DNA of 64,000 bases from Chthonomonadales bacterium (lineage in GTDB: Bacteria; Armatimonadota; Chthonomonadetes; Chthonomonadales; CAJBBX01), in assembly GCA_037443035.1 (NCBI GenBank), contig JBBIPC010000012.1, positions 1-64,000 of the forward strand. Direction: 5' to 3'. Of this stretch, positions 37,875-48,764 are shown piece after piece. Under the pieces are notes generated by a model. The model saw nothing but the letters and a program-made list of their open reading frames with translations, was not told where the DNA came from and did no database searches. The translations under genes and the position numbers were made by a program. The stretch's first letter is position 1. Each line of letters begins with the position of its first letter.

Positions 37875-40828
37875 GGCGCGACGCGCCACAGTGCTATCCA
37901 GTCCACCGTGAGTCGCCCATGGCCGGACCACTGTACGCGCGTCTCGACTGGGCCGCCAGGATGAGTGAACACGAGCGGGATGACCCTATAGCCGTTACCA
38001 GCAAGCTCCTCCTCGCGCACCTCGCGGCTCGAAGTGATGGGGTGCCCCCCTCCCACGCACGTATCCACTAGACCGAGAACCCCGGCACCTTCCCCTTTCA
38101 GACGGTATAACGCGACGTACTTGCCTGCGGGGAGAGACGCGTAGGGCCCGAAAACGATGTAACCAGCTTTCGCGCACGTGGCATCGGCCTTCCAGGCCAC
38201 GGAACCCGCGGCCCCTGTGTCTGCCAACGCAGCTCCTGACCCATGGGGAAGAGTCTCGGCCTCATAGCGCCGGACAAAGCGCAACACGCCGTCGGGGAGC
38301 ACGGCGTCGCCGAGTTCCACCCCCGGAACGCGGCGGATGGGCAAGGCGTATCGTCTTTCTCCGAAGGGTGCCTGCACGAGAAACGCGACCTCGTCGGCGT
38401 CGGGACTGCCGGTGAGAGTCACTTCCGCGGACTCGGATGGTTCCAGCAAGACCGTGGAAGGTGTCAGGCTCGCGTCCTGCATCCCGCTTAGCGGCTTGAG
38501 TTGGACGCTCATCGGTTGGCGAGTGACGTTCTGGAGCATCAGGCCCACACTCACGGGACGTCCCTCGATGGCCATCGTCTGTGTCGGCATGCGCACGAGC
38601 AACTGCCGCCAACCAAGGTCCTGCCGATACAAGGCTGCCAGGTGGTCGGGACGAACTGCCACGTACCCAGGACCCAACCGTTTCATTACCTCCGGGTACA
38701 CGCTCATGTCGGCACCCCAGTTCCAGATGAACGCATGCATGAAGGCAGGGCGCTCTGAGGGCGTCATGGAGCGGATTTCCTCCACCATCTGCTTGATCTT
38801 CTGCTCTCGTGTGGCATTCTCCGTCCAACCTGACACCGCATGAAAGACCGGGACGTTCCTAGCTGAAGGATACGTCGCCTCGCCATAGTCCGAAACGCGC
38901 TTGCCGTAGTCCGGGAACAGCGCCTCCAGCGGGCCGATGCGTTCTGCATAGCGTCGGATCTTCTCTGGCTGAGTTGCGTTCATGATCCAGAGGCTGCGCA
39001 AGCCCGCTCGGTTCATGTACGTCTCTGTCTGGGTAAGGAAACCGTCGAACACCGCCTGTCGCTGCTCGGCTTTGTATCGTAGGCCATACGAGTCCGGGTA
39101 CGTGTAACCTACGCCGGACACGGCCCCCAGAAAGGCGTCGTTCGGAGTCGCCGTACTGTAGTAATACTGGACGACCGCCGGAATGAGCAGACTCGCCGAA
39201 GGGGATAGGGTCCAGCCCATCGGCACCTTCCCTCGGTTTGGATCGGTCCATAGTTGTGGGAAGTTGCTGATCGTCAGCACCGGCAGATTGTCGCCGTCTG
39301 ACATGATGAACGACAGGTAGACCTTGTTCTTGTCGAGGCGCGGCACCGGCGCCGATCGCGGCTTCATGAGCGACACCTTGAATCCCGAATGGACGCTCAG
39401 GTTCGTGCAGTTGATGGACCCAACCAGGTACTTACCAAACTCGGCAAAGAGCGTCACGCCAGGGCCCTCGCCTATGCCAACATCCTTGGCGGCCCACGGG
39501 TAGCTCATGATCGGGCTGTTGGGCGGCATGCGGGCAAGCAATTCCTCAGCTACCCTTGCCTCTGCAGTCGGATTCGCATACGGCGCCGCGCCGTCAATGG
39601 GACCGGAGATCCAGAAGATGAACGCCCGATGCTGAGTGAGGTAGTCGCGAAGACCAAGGTGTTCCGGGTACGAGCACGCCGCCAGATGATGGTTCAGTTT
39701 CGGCCACAAGTGCTCCAGCGCCCACTTGTAGGCATCAGCGCTGGTCTGCCACCGTCCGCGCAGGTCCGCCTTGATGGCCAGGCCCGCCCACTCCTTGGCG
39801 AACGTCCGGAGCATCCTGGGTGACACGACAAGGCAGTCCTCCACAGACGCCACCATGTTCGCTATGTTCTTCGTAGCCGGGAGCGCAGGGTCTGTGACAA
39901 CCAGCCCCCGATACCTGCTCCGAAACATGGGCAGTAGCGCGGTCCACCTAGCCACGCTCCGTGTGGACTTGATGTAGCCGTTGCGACGTATCCAGTTGAG
40001 CCACATGGTATCCGTCGAGTTGTACAGGCAGTACAGAGCCGGTCGCTTCCGATTGGCCAACCCTTGCAGGACGAACACACAGAGCTGCACGTCCGGCGTC
40101 TCCCGTGTGATGTCGCAGACGAGCAACGGATCGGTGGGCGGATTCGAGACGGGGAAGATGTCCGGATACGGGCGTCTCTCCGCGGGAGGATCTAGATCCG
40201 CAGGTCTGCCACTCGGGACAGCCTCCGGCGCCCTTCGCACGCCGGACCCCACGGAACCGCCCACGAGCCGGTAGAGTTCCACAGTGTCTACCAGCAGCGG
40301 CGTGTAGCCCGACCAGTGCACGCGAATCTCCAGCTTGCCACCCGGGCAGCGGAAGGCCAGAGGAACACGCCGGTACTTCCCCACACGGAGCTCGTACCCC
40401 GGCAGCTCCATTGCCGTGCAGACGGTCTGACCGTAGTCTACAACCGCGTCGAGGTCGGCGACACGTTCTGCACCCACATCTTCCGTTACCTTCATGCGGA
40501 CGAACGCCACGTAATCGCCAGAAGGAACCTCCAAGTAAGGACCATACACCAGGGCTTTGCCCACGACTGCTCTGCCTGGCCGAGCCTCCCAAGCGCGCTG
40601 ACCGGCAGCATCCAAGTCGGTCACCGCACGGCCGGTCGTGTGTTGAGCCCCAGTTACGACGCTCCACCGACGGACCAGCTCGTACGTTCCAGCAGGCAGC
40701 GCCGTCGGTTCGCGCACTTCCTGCAGCACCGTCGCCGGAAGGCCGACGGTACGGTCTCCTTGAAGAGCGAAAGGTGTAGCTCCGTATGCAAGGGCCAGAT
40801 ATACAAGAAGCGCTCGTAGCACGGTCAT
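37871..40828 (-). CDS. Secreted GxGYxYP family putative glycoside hydrolase with flanking repeated beta-sandwich modules
   Basis: Signal peptide; LQGLANR, NLSVHSG, SDGDN and SGVGYTYP motifs. Confidence 0.8.
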   Translation of the reverse strand: MTVLRALLVYLALAYGATPFALQGDRTVGLPATVLQEVREPTALPAGTYELVRRWSVVTGAQHTTGRAVTDLDAAGQRAWEARPGRAVVGKALVYGPYLEVPSGDYVAFVRMKVTEDVGAERVADLDAVVDYGQTVCTAMELPGYELRVGKYRRVPLAFRCPGGKLEIRVHWSGYTPLLVDTVELYRLVGGSVGSGVRRAPEAVPSGRPADLDPPAERRPYPDIFPVSNPPTDPLLVCDITRETPDVQLCVFVLQGLANRKRPALYCLYNSTDTMWLNWIRRNGYIKSTRSVARWTALLPMFRSRYRGLVVTDPALPATKNIANMVASVEDCLVVSPRMLRTFAKEWAGLAIKADLRGRWQTSADAYKWALEHLWPKLNHHLAACSYPEHLGLRDYLTQHRAFIFWISGPIDGAAPYANPTAEARVAEELLARMPPNSPIMSYPWAAKDVGIGEGPGVTLFAEFGKYLVGSINCTNLSVHSGFKVSLMKPRSAPVPRLDKNKVYLSFIMSDGDNLPVLTISNFPQLWTDPNRGKVPMGWTLSPSASLLIPAVVQYYYSTATPNDAFLGAVSGVGYTYPDSYGLRYKAEQRQAVFDGFLTQTETYMNRAGLRSLWIMNATQPEKIRRYAERIGPLEALFPDYGKRVSDYGEATYPSARNVPVFHAVSGWTENATREQKIKQMVEEIRSMTPSERPAFMHAFIWNWGADMSVYPEVMKRLGPGYVAVRPDHLAALYRQDLGWRQLLVRMPTQTMAIEGRPVSVGLMLQNVTRQPMSVQLKPLSGMQDASLTPSTVLLEPSESAEVTLTGSPDADEVAFLVQAPFGERRYALPIRRVPGVELGDAVLPDGVLRFVRRYEAETLPHGSGAALADTGAAGSVAWKADATCAKAGYIVFGPYASLPAGKYVALYRLKGEGAGVLGLVDTCVGGGHPITSSREVREEELAGNGYRVIPLVFTHPGGPVETRVQWSGHGRLTVDWIALWRVAP

Positions 40829-41038
40829 AGACCTCCTAGTGCTGCTGGACTACCTGAAACGAAAGACGCCGAAAGCCGTCTAATCAAAGCGAAAGGAGTG
40901 GTGTTCATTATGTACCGCCGCGAGGAATCCAGTGTCTTCTACCGTGCTGTAGCGCGCAGCGTATGGGAGCGCTATCGGCCCCGCGCGCTCGAGCTGCCGG
41001 TGGGGCTATCGCTGCTTCGCGATCCGGAGGTTGGTGTC

Positions 41039-41296
41039 ATGGCGAAGGCGAAAGCGGTCATCAGGGGTCTAGCCATGGTCGCCTTGCTCTTCGGACTGCA
41101 AGGGGTCCTCGCGCACGTCTTCGGCGTCCGCGCTCCGCATACGTCCACGCCACTTACCATGACGGTGGCAGTCGCGACGCTCGTCATCGTTGTACCTCTT
41201 GCGCTACTTCGCATCGCTGAGCCGGAGCACGTTGTTCGAGCGCGGTTGCGCAGAATGGCCGTGATCCCCCTGCGACGGAGAGACGAAGGCAGCTAG
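41039..41296 (+). CDS. Small two-TM hypothetical protein
   Basis: GGAGG RBS before ATG 41039; two hydrophobic segments. Confidence 0.55.
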   Translation: MAKAKAVIRGLAMVALLFGLQGVLAHVFGVRAPHTSTPLTMTVAVATLVIVVPLALLRIAEPEHVVRARLRRMAVIPLRRRDEGS

Positions 41297-41408
41297 AGGT
41301 ACTCCGGCGCAACGACACGGACCTGAGACATAGCCGGCGCCTTCGATCCATCGGGGCGCCGGCTGTGTTTCCTGGTGACCTTCGTTCGCCTCGAGCCGCT
41401 CCTACGCT

Positions 41409-41984
41409 TCAGGCAGGACGCCCCTTGCTGCGCTGCGGTCGCGCTTTGCTTGGCGGTGCTCCCTTCGGGGCCGGTGTTCGCAGTCTCTCTTTCTGTTCCG
41501 GTGTCAGCAATGCCTCGATGCGCGTCCGGACGCTCCGCCGGATCTCTGCGAGCTTGGCCAGTCGCTCGTGAGGCTTCAGGTTCGGGTCGGTCATCAGCAT
41601 CACCCGGTCTCGAACCGCTGATGCCAGGATCTCCGCCAGTTCCTTCCGCTGCGCCTCGGAAAGTCCGAGTCTGGCGAGCGGAACGCGCGGCCACATGCCC
41701 GGTGCCGGAACCGGCATGCGACGAAGCCACGGGCGTGGCATACGCGGAGCGTACCATACAGACGGGCCACGGCCAGCCTGGGGACCAAACCAGAACGCAC
41801 CTCCCCAGCCGTACAATCGTCCTTGACCGAGCACGCCTCGCTGCCGCAAGTTCTGCAGCACACGATTCGCTACTGCTCCGGGATCGGGGACCCGCGCCGA
41901 GGGTGCAGGCTGACCCAGTGCGCTCGTTGGCATCATGACTAGGAGCGCAGCCCCAGCCGGTATCCATCCAACTCGTGGGTTCAC
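41409..41984 (-). CDS. Secreted Spy/CpxP-like (LTxxQ) protein
   Basis: Signal peptide; LGLSEAQRKEL and LLTPEQKERL motifs; GGAGGTG RBS. Confidence 0.6.
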   Translation of the reverse strand: MNPRVGWIPAGAALLVMMPTSALGQPAPSARVPDPGAVANRVLQNLRQRGVLGQGRLYGWGGAFWFGPQAGRGPSVWYAPRMPRPWLRRMPVPAPGMWPRVPLARLGLSEAQRKELAEILASAVRDRVMLMTDPNLKPHERLAKLAEIRRSVRTRIEALLTPEQKERLRTPAPKGAPPSKARPQRSKGRPA

Positions 41985-42102
41985 TTGTCACCTCCGTGCA
42001 TCGTACTTGTGCGGCGCATTGTCCATCGCCACTAGATACGACGCAGCGAGCCGTCGAACGTTCACGGTAAGGCGGCCCGAGGAGCTACCTCGACAGGCGG
42101 TG

Positions 42103-43128
42103 TCAGGTCTCTGCGAACCGGTCCGCTGTAGGCGATGTGAGGGTGGCAGGGAACCGCTCGGAACTGCGGATCTTCTCCTCGATCTCGTCCAAGACCTCGG
42201 GATTCGACTCGAGGAACGCCCGTGCGTTTTCCCTGCCCTGGCCGAGGCGGGTCTCGCCGTAGCTGAAGTGTGAACCACTACGCGTGACGATATCCATCTC
42301 GACTGCCAAGTCCAGAACCCCACCAGCGCGGGAGATGCCCTTGCCGAAGATGATGTCGAACTCGGCTACACGGAATGGTGGAGCCACCTTGTTCTTCACA
42401 ACCTTGACGCGGGTCCTGGCTCCGACAGCCTCCGTGCCAGACTTGACTGTCTCCACACGGCGTACATCGAGACGCACACTGGCCCAGAACTTCAGAGCGC
42501 GCCCACCGGGCGTCGTTTCGGGATTGCCGAACATGACACCGATCTTCTCGCGGATCTGGTTGATGAAGATGGCGCAGCAACTCGCCCTGCTGAGGTTCCC
42601 GGCTATCTTGCGCAATGCCTGAGACATGAGGCGCGCCTGCAGTCCGACGTGGGAGTCGCCCATCTCTCCCTCGATCTCCGCTTTCGGGACTAGAGCGGCC
42701 ACGGAGTCCAACACCACAACGTCCACGGCGCTCGAGCGTACGAGCGAGTCCATGATCTCCAGGGCTTCTTCGCCAGTGCCGGGTTGAGAGACGAGCAGCT
42801 CGTTGATGTTGACGCCTATGGCTGCAGCGTAGTCAGGGTCAAGGGCATGTTCCGCGTCCACGAACGCGCACGTGCCCCCTTGGCGCTGGGCCTGCGCCAC
42901 CACCGAGAGAGCGAGGGTTGTCTTGCCAGACGATTCCGTGCCGAATATCTCCACGATCCGACCTCGCGGCACCCCTCCGACACCGAGCGCCATATCGAGC
43001 GCGATACTGCCCGTCGGTATCGCCTCCACCGCAAGCTTCGTGGTGTCGCCCAGGCGCATGATGGCACCTTTGCCGAACTGCTTCTCGATGGTCGTCAGCG
43101 CCATCTCGAGCGCGCGCTGCTTGTCCAT
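42103..43128 (-). CDS. recA: Recombinase A
   Basis: [35 protein letters not shown] and [13 protein letters not shown] motifs. Confidence 0.98.
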   Translation of the reverse strand: MDKQRALEMALTTIEKQFGKGAIMRLGDTTKLAVEAIPTGSIALDMALGVGGVPRGRIVEIFGTESSGKTTLALSVVAQAQRQGGTCAFVDAEHALDPDYAAAIGVNINELLVSQPGTGEEALEIMDSLVRSSAVDVVVLDSVAALVPKAEIEGEMGDSHVGLQARLMSQALRKIAGNLSRASCCAIFINQIREKIGVMFGNPETTPGGRALKFWASVRLDVRRVETVKSGTEAVGARTRVKVVKNKVAPPFRVAEFDIIFGKGISRAGGVLDLAVEMDIVTRSGSHFSYGETRLGQGRENARAFLESNPEVLDEIEEKIRSSERFPATLTSPTADRFAET

Positions 43129-43273
43129 GTTCGTGACCCCTCCTCCTGCCGTGCCCGACGAGATCCTCTGCACCTCTTACTATGATAGCCCAGCCCGCGC
43201 CGGTTTGCTGCAGCCCGTCGCTCGAGCGACAGCAGATTCTAGGCACGACAAGTTAGCGTAACTACCATCGCTC

Positions 43274-43956
43274 TTGTCGCCGCAGGGTACACGATACGCT
43301 AGTGTGCTTGGGCATCGTCGCCATCCTCCCAGCCCTTTCTCCCTACGATCCATGGTGTTGGCTGCTCTGCTAGCCCCAGGAGTTGCCTGGTTCAATATCT
43401 TGGTCGTTGCTATTCGATATGCGGGCCAGCCCAACACAGTCTCTGTCTTTCCACACATCCTCTTCCTGCTACTGCTTCTGATTGTCGGTGGGAACTTGGC
43501 CGGCGGTCTACGTCCTGCTTGGCGTCTGGCTCCAAGAGAAAGACTCGCCACCTACTTCCTGAAGCTCATGGTGGCAGTGATGTCGTCCCATGACCTGATC
43601 GAAGTGCTCGTACCGATTCTCAGCTACCCCCATCGCTATGCGACACCAGCAAGCAAATGGACCGTGCAGATCACACCGCACTTGCCGAATTGGCTCGTGG
43701 TGAGCAACCCACAAGCCGTGGAACGCTGCTGGATCGGCGGCTCGGACTTCTGGCGGTCGGGTGATTGGCGTTGATGGCTGCGGCCAGCTGTTTGCTGGAC
43801 TCTCTTCCTTGGCTGCCTGGTGGTTTGCGAGCCTATCCCTAGTCCCTTCCCCTTTTTCTTGGGATAATGCTGGGCGGATGCTCTGGTGGGACTGATTGGA
43901 TGCTCGTGAGCGCCATCCTGGGCACCAAGACATTCATCGTATGGCCCTATGGCTAG
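43274..43956 (+). pseudogene. Degraded DUF6785/DUF6784-like membrane protein gene (premature stops, large internal deletion)
   Basis: The N-terminal part resembles 51861-53744. TGA at 43772 is followed in frame by WLRPAVCWTLF. Another frame gives AYP*SLPLFLGIMLG...IVWPYG*, matching the paralogue's C-terminus LYERSRPFFVGLILG. Confidence 0.75.
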
Positions 43957-43968
43957 GGGGTTGCCTCG

Positions 43969-45099
43969 TTACCTTACGGTCTGCTCGAAAGTCGTCTTCA
44001 GTTCCTGAACTTGGCCAGTCTCCGCTGCACGATAGCCAGCTTCGATAATCTCGATGACATGGCGAGCATGTTCCGCAGTCGCAACCGACGGAGTTCCGTA
44101 GAGCACCCGGTCCACGAGCTGCATGACATCTTCGAATACGTGGGCCTCTTCCAGCTCCCGATGCGCGCCGGTTACGTGGGGCAGCAGCGCAGTCTCGCCT
44201 ATGGGAGACGAGGCGGCAACGTCGCGTCCCTCATAGGGGATCGGCTCGCCATTCAGCATGTCCCCCTCGATGGACCCCTTCTCGCCGAAGTAGCTCGGCG
44301 CGCCGAACCTCGTTACCATGCCCGCGAACGTACCGTGGACAAACGCGTAGAGATCGTTCCCGAAGTCGAGCAGGAGGACGGTATTGTCGTCGGCATCGCA
44401 CAGGTAGGTTGTGCCACGAAAGTGCCGTTCTTTGATTGCCGTACCGGAGAAACCTGTAACACGTTTCGCAGGACCCAACACCCCCGTAAGGCTGTGAAGA
44501 CCGTAGACGGTCATATCGTACATCGGACCTCCGCCAGGTTTCTTCCAGTACCAGGCCGGATTCACGTTCGATAGAACATCGTCACCCTGGCGGACGGTCT
44601 CGTGCTCGTGATATGCGCCGAAGGCAGCGCCCGTTGCTGCCCAGGAGATTCGACCGATGGCGCCCTCTTGAATCAGACGCCGTATTGCCCGGTTGGATGG
44701 CCGGAGCATCTGTCCGGGGCTTGCCACAAGCTCGACGCCGCGTCGAGAAGCCTCTTCGATAAGGTGCGTGGCCTCGGCCGTCGTGGTTGTCATCGTCTTG
44801 TTGAAGTGCACATGCTTGCCAGCGCGGATCGCCGCTAGCCCTTGCTCATAGTGTAGGCCAATGGGCGAACACAGCGTCACAGCGTCTACAGCGTCGTCCC
44901 CCAACATCTCTTCGAACGTCTCGTAGGCGCGTGCCACACCGTAAGCCTCGGCAGCAGCCTTCGCCCTTCCCGGCACTGGATCGCAGACGGCAGCCAGATA
45001 CACGCGATCCTGGACGTCGGCCAGACTCAGGTGTCGTAAGGCCCCACGGATGCCGATGCTGCCTGCACCCACGACTCCAACACCCAGGCGTTCTTTCAT
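43969..45099 (-). CDS. Gfo/Idh/MocA family oxidoreductase
   Basis: VGVVGAGSIG, HVHFNKTM (variant of EKP) and GGGPMYDMTVY motifs. Confidence 0.88.
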   Translation of the reverse strand: MKERLGVGVVGAGSIGIRGALRHLSLADVQDRVYLAAVCDPVPGRAKAAAEAYGVARAYETFEEMLGDDAVDAVTLCSPIGLHYEQGLAAIRAGKHVHFNKTMTTTTAEATHLIEEASRRGVELVASPGQMLRPSNRAIRRLIQEGAIGRISWAATGAAFGAYHEHETVRQGDDVLSNVNPAWYWKKPGGGPMYDMTVYGLHSLTGVLGPAKRVTGFSGTAIKERHFRGTTYLCDADDNTVLLLDFGNDLYAFVHGTFAGMVTRFGAPSYFGEKGSIEGDMLNGEPIPYEGRDVAASSPIGETALLPHVTGAHRELEEAHVFEDVMQLVDRVLYGTPSVATAEHARHVIEIIEAGYRAAETGQVQELKTTFEQTVR

Positions 45100-45102
45100 A
45101 GC

Positions 45103-45858
45103 CTATGCTCCCATCTGCGTGATGCGGCCGCCCGTGACAGGTAGGTACGCACCCGTAACGTATTCAGCAAGGTCACTCAGGAAGAACACACAGGCCTTGC
45201 CGATCTCCTCCGCACTACCGTGACGACGTAGAGGCAGGCTCTTGCCGAAGTTCAGGGACGCCTCCGACTCTGTGTTCACCTTCTCGTCTGCCATCCAACC
45301 CGGCGCTACCATGTTGACGGTTATGCCGTCCGGCCCGAGCTCGCAGGCCATACTGCGAGAAAGGCCCACCATGGCACCTTTGCCTGCCAGGTAGGGTGCC
45401 CAGCCTGCTGGCGCCATGTTCCACAGCTCGGTGACGATGTTCACGATGCGACCTCCGCCTTGGGCGCGCATGTAGGGGAGGGCCGCGCGTGTCGTATTCA
45501 GCACGGCATGGCAGCCGAAGTCGAACATGTTGTCGAAGTCGGCGACGGGCGATTCCGCCGCGGTGCCTGGTTGGCTGCCGGCGATGGCATTGTTGACGAT
45601 TCCATCTATCCTACCGTAGTCCCCCACGATGGCAGCCACCATGGCCTCCACCTGTGCGGCATCCCGAACGTCGGCACAGTAGGCAGTCACCCGGCCACCT
45701 GCCTTGTGCATCTCTTGCGCAAGTGCCTCCGCCCGCTGCGCGCTGGCTGAGTAGTTGATGGCTACGGTTGCGTCATGCCGGACCAGTACGCGAGTAATAC
45801 AGGCACCTATACCTCGCGCACCGCCAGTGACAAGCACGACTTTCCCGTCGAGCAGCAT
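45103..45858 (-). CDS. Short-chain dehydrogenase/reductase
   Basis: TGGARGIG, IVNNA and YLAGK (YxxxK) motifs. Confidence 0.92.
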   Translation of the reverse strand: MLLDGKVVLVTGGARGIGACITRVLVRHDATVAINYSASAQRAEALAQEMHKAGGRVTAYCADVRDAAQVEAMVAAIVGDYGRIDGIVNNAIAGSQPGTAAESPVADFDNMFDFGCHAVLNTTRAALPYMRAQGGGRIVNIVTELWNMAPAGWAPYLAGKGAMVGLSRSMACELGPDGITVNMVAPGWMADEKVNTESEASLNFGKSLPLRRHGSAEEIGKACVFFLSDLAEYVTGAYLPVTGGRITQMGA

Positions 45859-45979
45859 CGTTCAATCTCCTTCTCCACCACAAGCCCACCGCTGATCCGA
45901 CACAGCGATACTTGCGGTCGTTGTGAACCACGTATTCCGTTGGAGACGCGGCGATTCCTGTCTGTCTGTCGCGGTGCGG

Positions 45980-47230
45980 CTAGCCCTGCATCTCCTTCAG
46001 ATACGCTGCCGCAGCCCACCCGGCAACCGCACCGGTGGAAAACGCTGCTTGCAGGTTGAACCCTCCTGTCACGGCGTCGAGATCGAGTACTTCCCCCGCG
46101 AAGAAGAGACCGCGGACAAGGCGGGACATCATCGTGCGAGAGTCCACCTCACCCGGAGCTATGCCACCCGCCGTGACGATCGCCTCTTCCACCGGCGCCA
46201 CACCGGCAACCGAGAGACGGAGCCCCTTGAGCACCTCGATTAGCCTGGCCCGCTGGGTAGCGGTGATATTGCTCAGTCGCATCTCCGCCGGAATACTGCA
46301 CAGTACCGGAAGCAGGGCTGCAAGGCTCCTGGGAACGAGTTCGCGCGCGTATGTGGCGAACTGACACGGTCGCCGGAACTCACGCAGGAACCGCAGCCGC
46401 AATTCCTCCGGGGTCAGCGCCGGCTTCAGATCCACCAGCAAGTCTACTGCCCCCTGCACGAAACGTAGCTTCCGGCTCAATGTGAGGATGATCGGCCCGG
46501 AGGCACCTTTGTGGGTGAAGAGCATCTCCCCGCGTTCGGATGCCAAGACCCTCCCAGTGCTCCGGTCGGCGAGCTTCGCTTCGACGTTCTTCAATGTCAG
46601 CCCACTGAGATCTGCAACCCATGCTTCATCCGTAAGGATTGGCGCGAGCGCAGGCGCCGTTGGCACGATCGTATGGCCCACTGCCGCCGCAAGGCTGTAA
46701 CCGTCACCGGTGCTTCCAGTCCGCGGGTACGACAGACCGCCCGTTGCTACCACCACTGCTCCGGCGTCCATACGACCGTAGTACAGGTCCACCGCCGCGA
46801 TGCGATCGTTTTCCGTCACCAAGCCCCGAGCCCTCGTGTTCACGCGGATCTCGACGCCGCAGTCCCGCATCCAGTGCTCCAACGCTGCGGCGACTTCCAG
46901 CGCTGAGTCCGAAACCGGAAAGATCCTTCCGCCACGTTCGGTCTTGGTCTGCACGCCATACTGTGCGAGAAGCGCGAGTAAGTCATCCCGGAAAAACCGG
47001 GAGAACGCGCCATAGAGGAAGCGCCCGTTCGGTTCGAAGGCCTGGATGAAGACGTCGAGGTCGGCGGCGTTGGTGAGGTTGCAGCGGCCCTTCCCTGTCA
47101 GCCGGAGTTTCCGCCCGGTCCTGGGGCCACGCTCCAACAGCGTCACCTTCGCGCCAGCCGTAGCTGCCATTCCCGCGGCCAGCATGCCGGCTGGACCACC
47201 ACCGATGACGACGACGCGGCGTCGCGACAC
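45980..47230 (-). CDS. HI0933/BaiN family flavoprotein
   Basis: IGGGPAGM, GKGRCNLTN, TGSTGDGY and TGGFNLQAAFSTG motifs. Confidence 0.92.
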   Translation of the reverse strand: MSRRRVVVIGGGPAGMLAAGMAATAGAKVTLLERGPRTGRKLRLTGKGRCNLTNAADLDVFIQAFEPNGRFLYGAFSRFFRDDLLALLAQYGVQTKTERGGRIFPVSDSALEVAAALEHWMRDCGVEIRVNTRARGLVTENDRIAAVDLYYGRMDAGAVVVATGGLSYPRTGSTGDGYSLAAAVGHTIVPTAPALAPILTDEAWVADLSGLTLKNVEAKLADRSTGRVLASERGEMLFTHKGASGPIILTLSRKLRFVQGAVDLLVDLKPALTPEELRLRFLREFRRPCQFATYARELVPRSLAALLPVLCSIPAEMRLSNITATQRARLIEVLKGLRLSVAGVAPVEEAIVTAGGIAPGEVDSRTMMSRLVRGLFFAGEVLDLDAVTGGFNLQAAFSTGAVAGWAAAAYLKEMQG

Positions 47231-47264
47231 TAGCGGGCCGTTCCCGCCGGTACACAGCGGGCTA

Positions 47265-48554
47265 TCACTGCGGTTCGATGCGCTCCAATCCACCCAGATA
47301 GGGTCGAAGGACCGCTGGTACGGTCACCGAGCCATCCTCATTCTGGTAGTTTTCGAGGACCGCAATGAGCGTTCTGGGCAGGGCAAGTCCGGAACCGTTC
47401 AGGGTATGGACGAATTCGGGCTTCGCTCCGGGGGATGGACGATAGCGAATGTTGGCCCGCCGCGCCTGGAAATCTGTGAAGCAGCCGCACGAAGAGACTT
47501 CGAGCCACTCTCCCCCGTTCTCGCCGCAAGCTGGCGCCCACAGCTCCAGGTCGAACTTGATAGCCGACACGAAGGAAAGATCCCCCGTGCACATTTGCAC
47601 CACTCGATACGGGATCTCCAAAGACCGACAGACGTCCTCGGCATTGTCCACAAGGCCGTCCAACTCAGCTCGAGAGGTTTCTGGGGTGCATATCTTCACC
47701 ATCTCCACCTTGTCGAACTGATGTCCACGCTTGATGCCGCGGACGTCCCGTCCTGCCGACATCTTCTCCCGCCTGAAGCAAGGCGTGTAGGCGACGTACT
47801 TCAGAGGCAACTGGGACGCCTCCAATATCTCGTCCCGGTGCAGGTTCGTCACAGGAACCTCGGCAGTCGGAATAAGCCAGAGGTCATCCTCGACGTCACG
47901 GTACAGATTGTCGCCGAACTTCGGTAGGTTGCCGGTGCCGACAAGACAATGCTCGCGGACAAGTGCCGGAGGATAGACCTCCGTATAGCCGTGCTGTCGG
48001 ATGTGGAGATCCAGCATGAACGTGATCAGCGCCCTCTGCAACGCTGCTCCCGCTCCACGCAGAACGTAGAATCGGGAGCCGCTCAGCTTCACACCTCGCT
48101 CGATGTCCAGGATCCCGAGTTGGGCGCCAATCTCCCAGTGAGGTTTGGGTTCGAACGTGAAGCGACGCGGCTCGCCAACGGTCTTCACCACAACGTTATC
48201 GCGTTCGTCCACGCCATAGGGCACGTCCTCTGCCGGCAGATTGGGGATGTTGAGGAGTAGGTCGTGCCGCTGGTTCTCCAGCTCGGTGAGCTGCGCCTGA
48301 AGTAACGCAATCCGGTCGCCAATCTCTCGCATCTCCGCCTGCAGCTTTTCACGCTCAGCCTGATCGCGCGTGCGACCGATCGCTTTGGAGCCGGCGTTCC
48401 GCTGGGATCGCAGTGTCGTGACCTCGGTCTCTACTGCCCTGCACCGTTCGTCCAGTTCCAGGACCTGATCCGCGAGACCTGGGTCTGCTCCCACCTTACG
48501 TAGCCCCTGCCTAACGAAGTCCGGCTCTTGCCGAATCAGGCGTATGTCGAGCAC
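47265..48554 (-). CDS. serS: Serine--tRNA ligase
   Basis: [32 protein letters not shown] and HTLNGSGLA motifs. Confidence 0.97.
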   Translation of the reverse strand: MLDIRLIRQEPDFVRQGLRKVGADPGLADQVLELDERCRAVETEVTTLRSQRNAGSKAIGRTRDQAEREKLQAEMREIGDRIALLQAQLTELENQRHDLLLNIPNLPAEDVPYGVDERDNVVVKTVGEPRRFTFEPKPHWEIGAQLGILDIERGVKLSGSRFYVLRGAGAALQRALITFMLDLHIRQHGYTEVYPPALVREHCLVGTGNLPKFGDNLYRDVEDDLWLIPTAEVPVTNLHRDEILEASQLPLKYVAYTPCFRREKMSAGRDVRGIKRGHQFDKVEMVKICTPETSRAELDGLVDNAEDVCRSLEIPYRVVQMCTGDLSFVSAIKFDLELWAPACGENGGEWLEVSSCGCFTDFQARRANIRYRPSPGAKPEFVHTLNGSGLALPRTLIAVLENYQNEDGSVTVPAVLRPYLGGLERIEPQ

Positions 48555-48704
48555 GTGCCCATCCTCCCCAGCTAAGCGTTATGATACGTATAGCACACCT
48601 GGCGCCATCCGGAAGAACGGCTTCGGCACAGGTCTGCGCGGCCACGCAAGTCGGCACGCGCCCATGATGATTGCGATTGCCTCGGGCGATTCACAGCCAA
48701 CCTA

Positions 48705-48760
48705 TTGACAAGTCGTCAGGACGTGGCTATAATAAAAGTACTTTACTGATGTACTTTACT
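48705..48760 (+). promoter_or_regulatory. Consensus sigma70 promoter with overlapping putative LacI-family operator
   Basis: TTGACA (48705), 17 nt, TATAAT (48728). Palindrome AAAGTACTTT at 48735-48744 and direct repeat GTACTTTACT at 48738 and 48751. Confidence 0.8.
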
Positions 48761-48764
48761 AGCC

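Noticed and set aside
43130..43270. LexA/SOS box upstream of recA
   Set aside because: No convincing palindrome matching a LexA motif I know.
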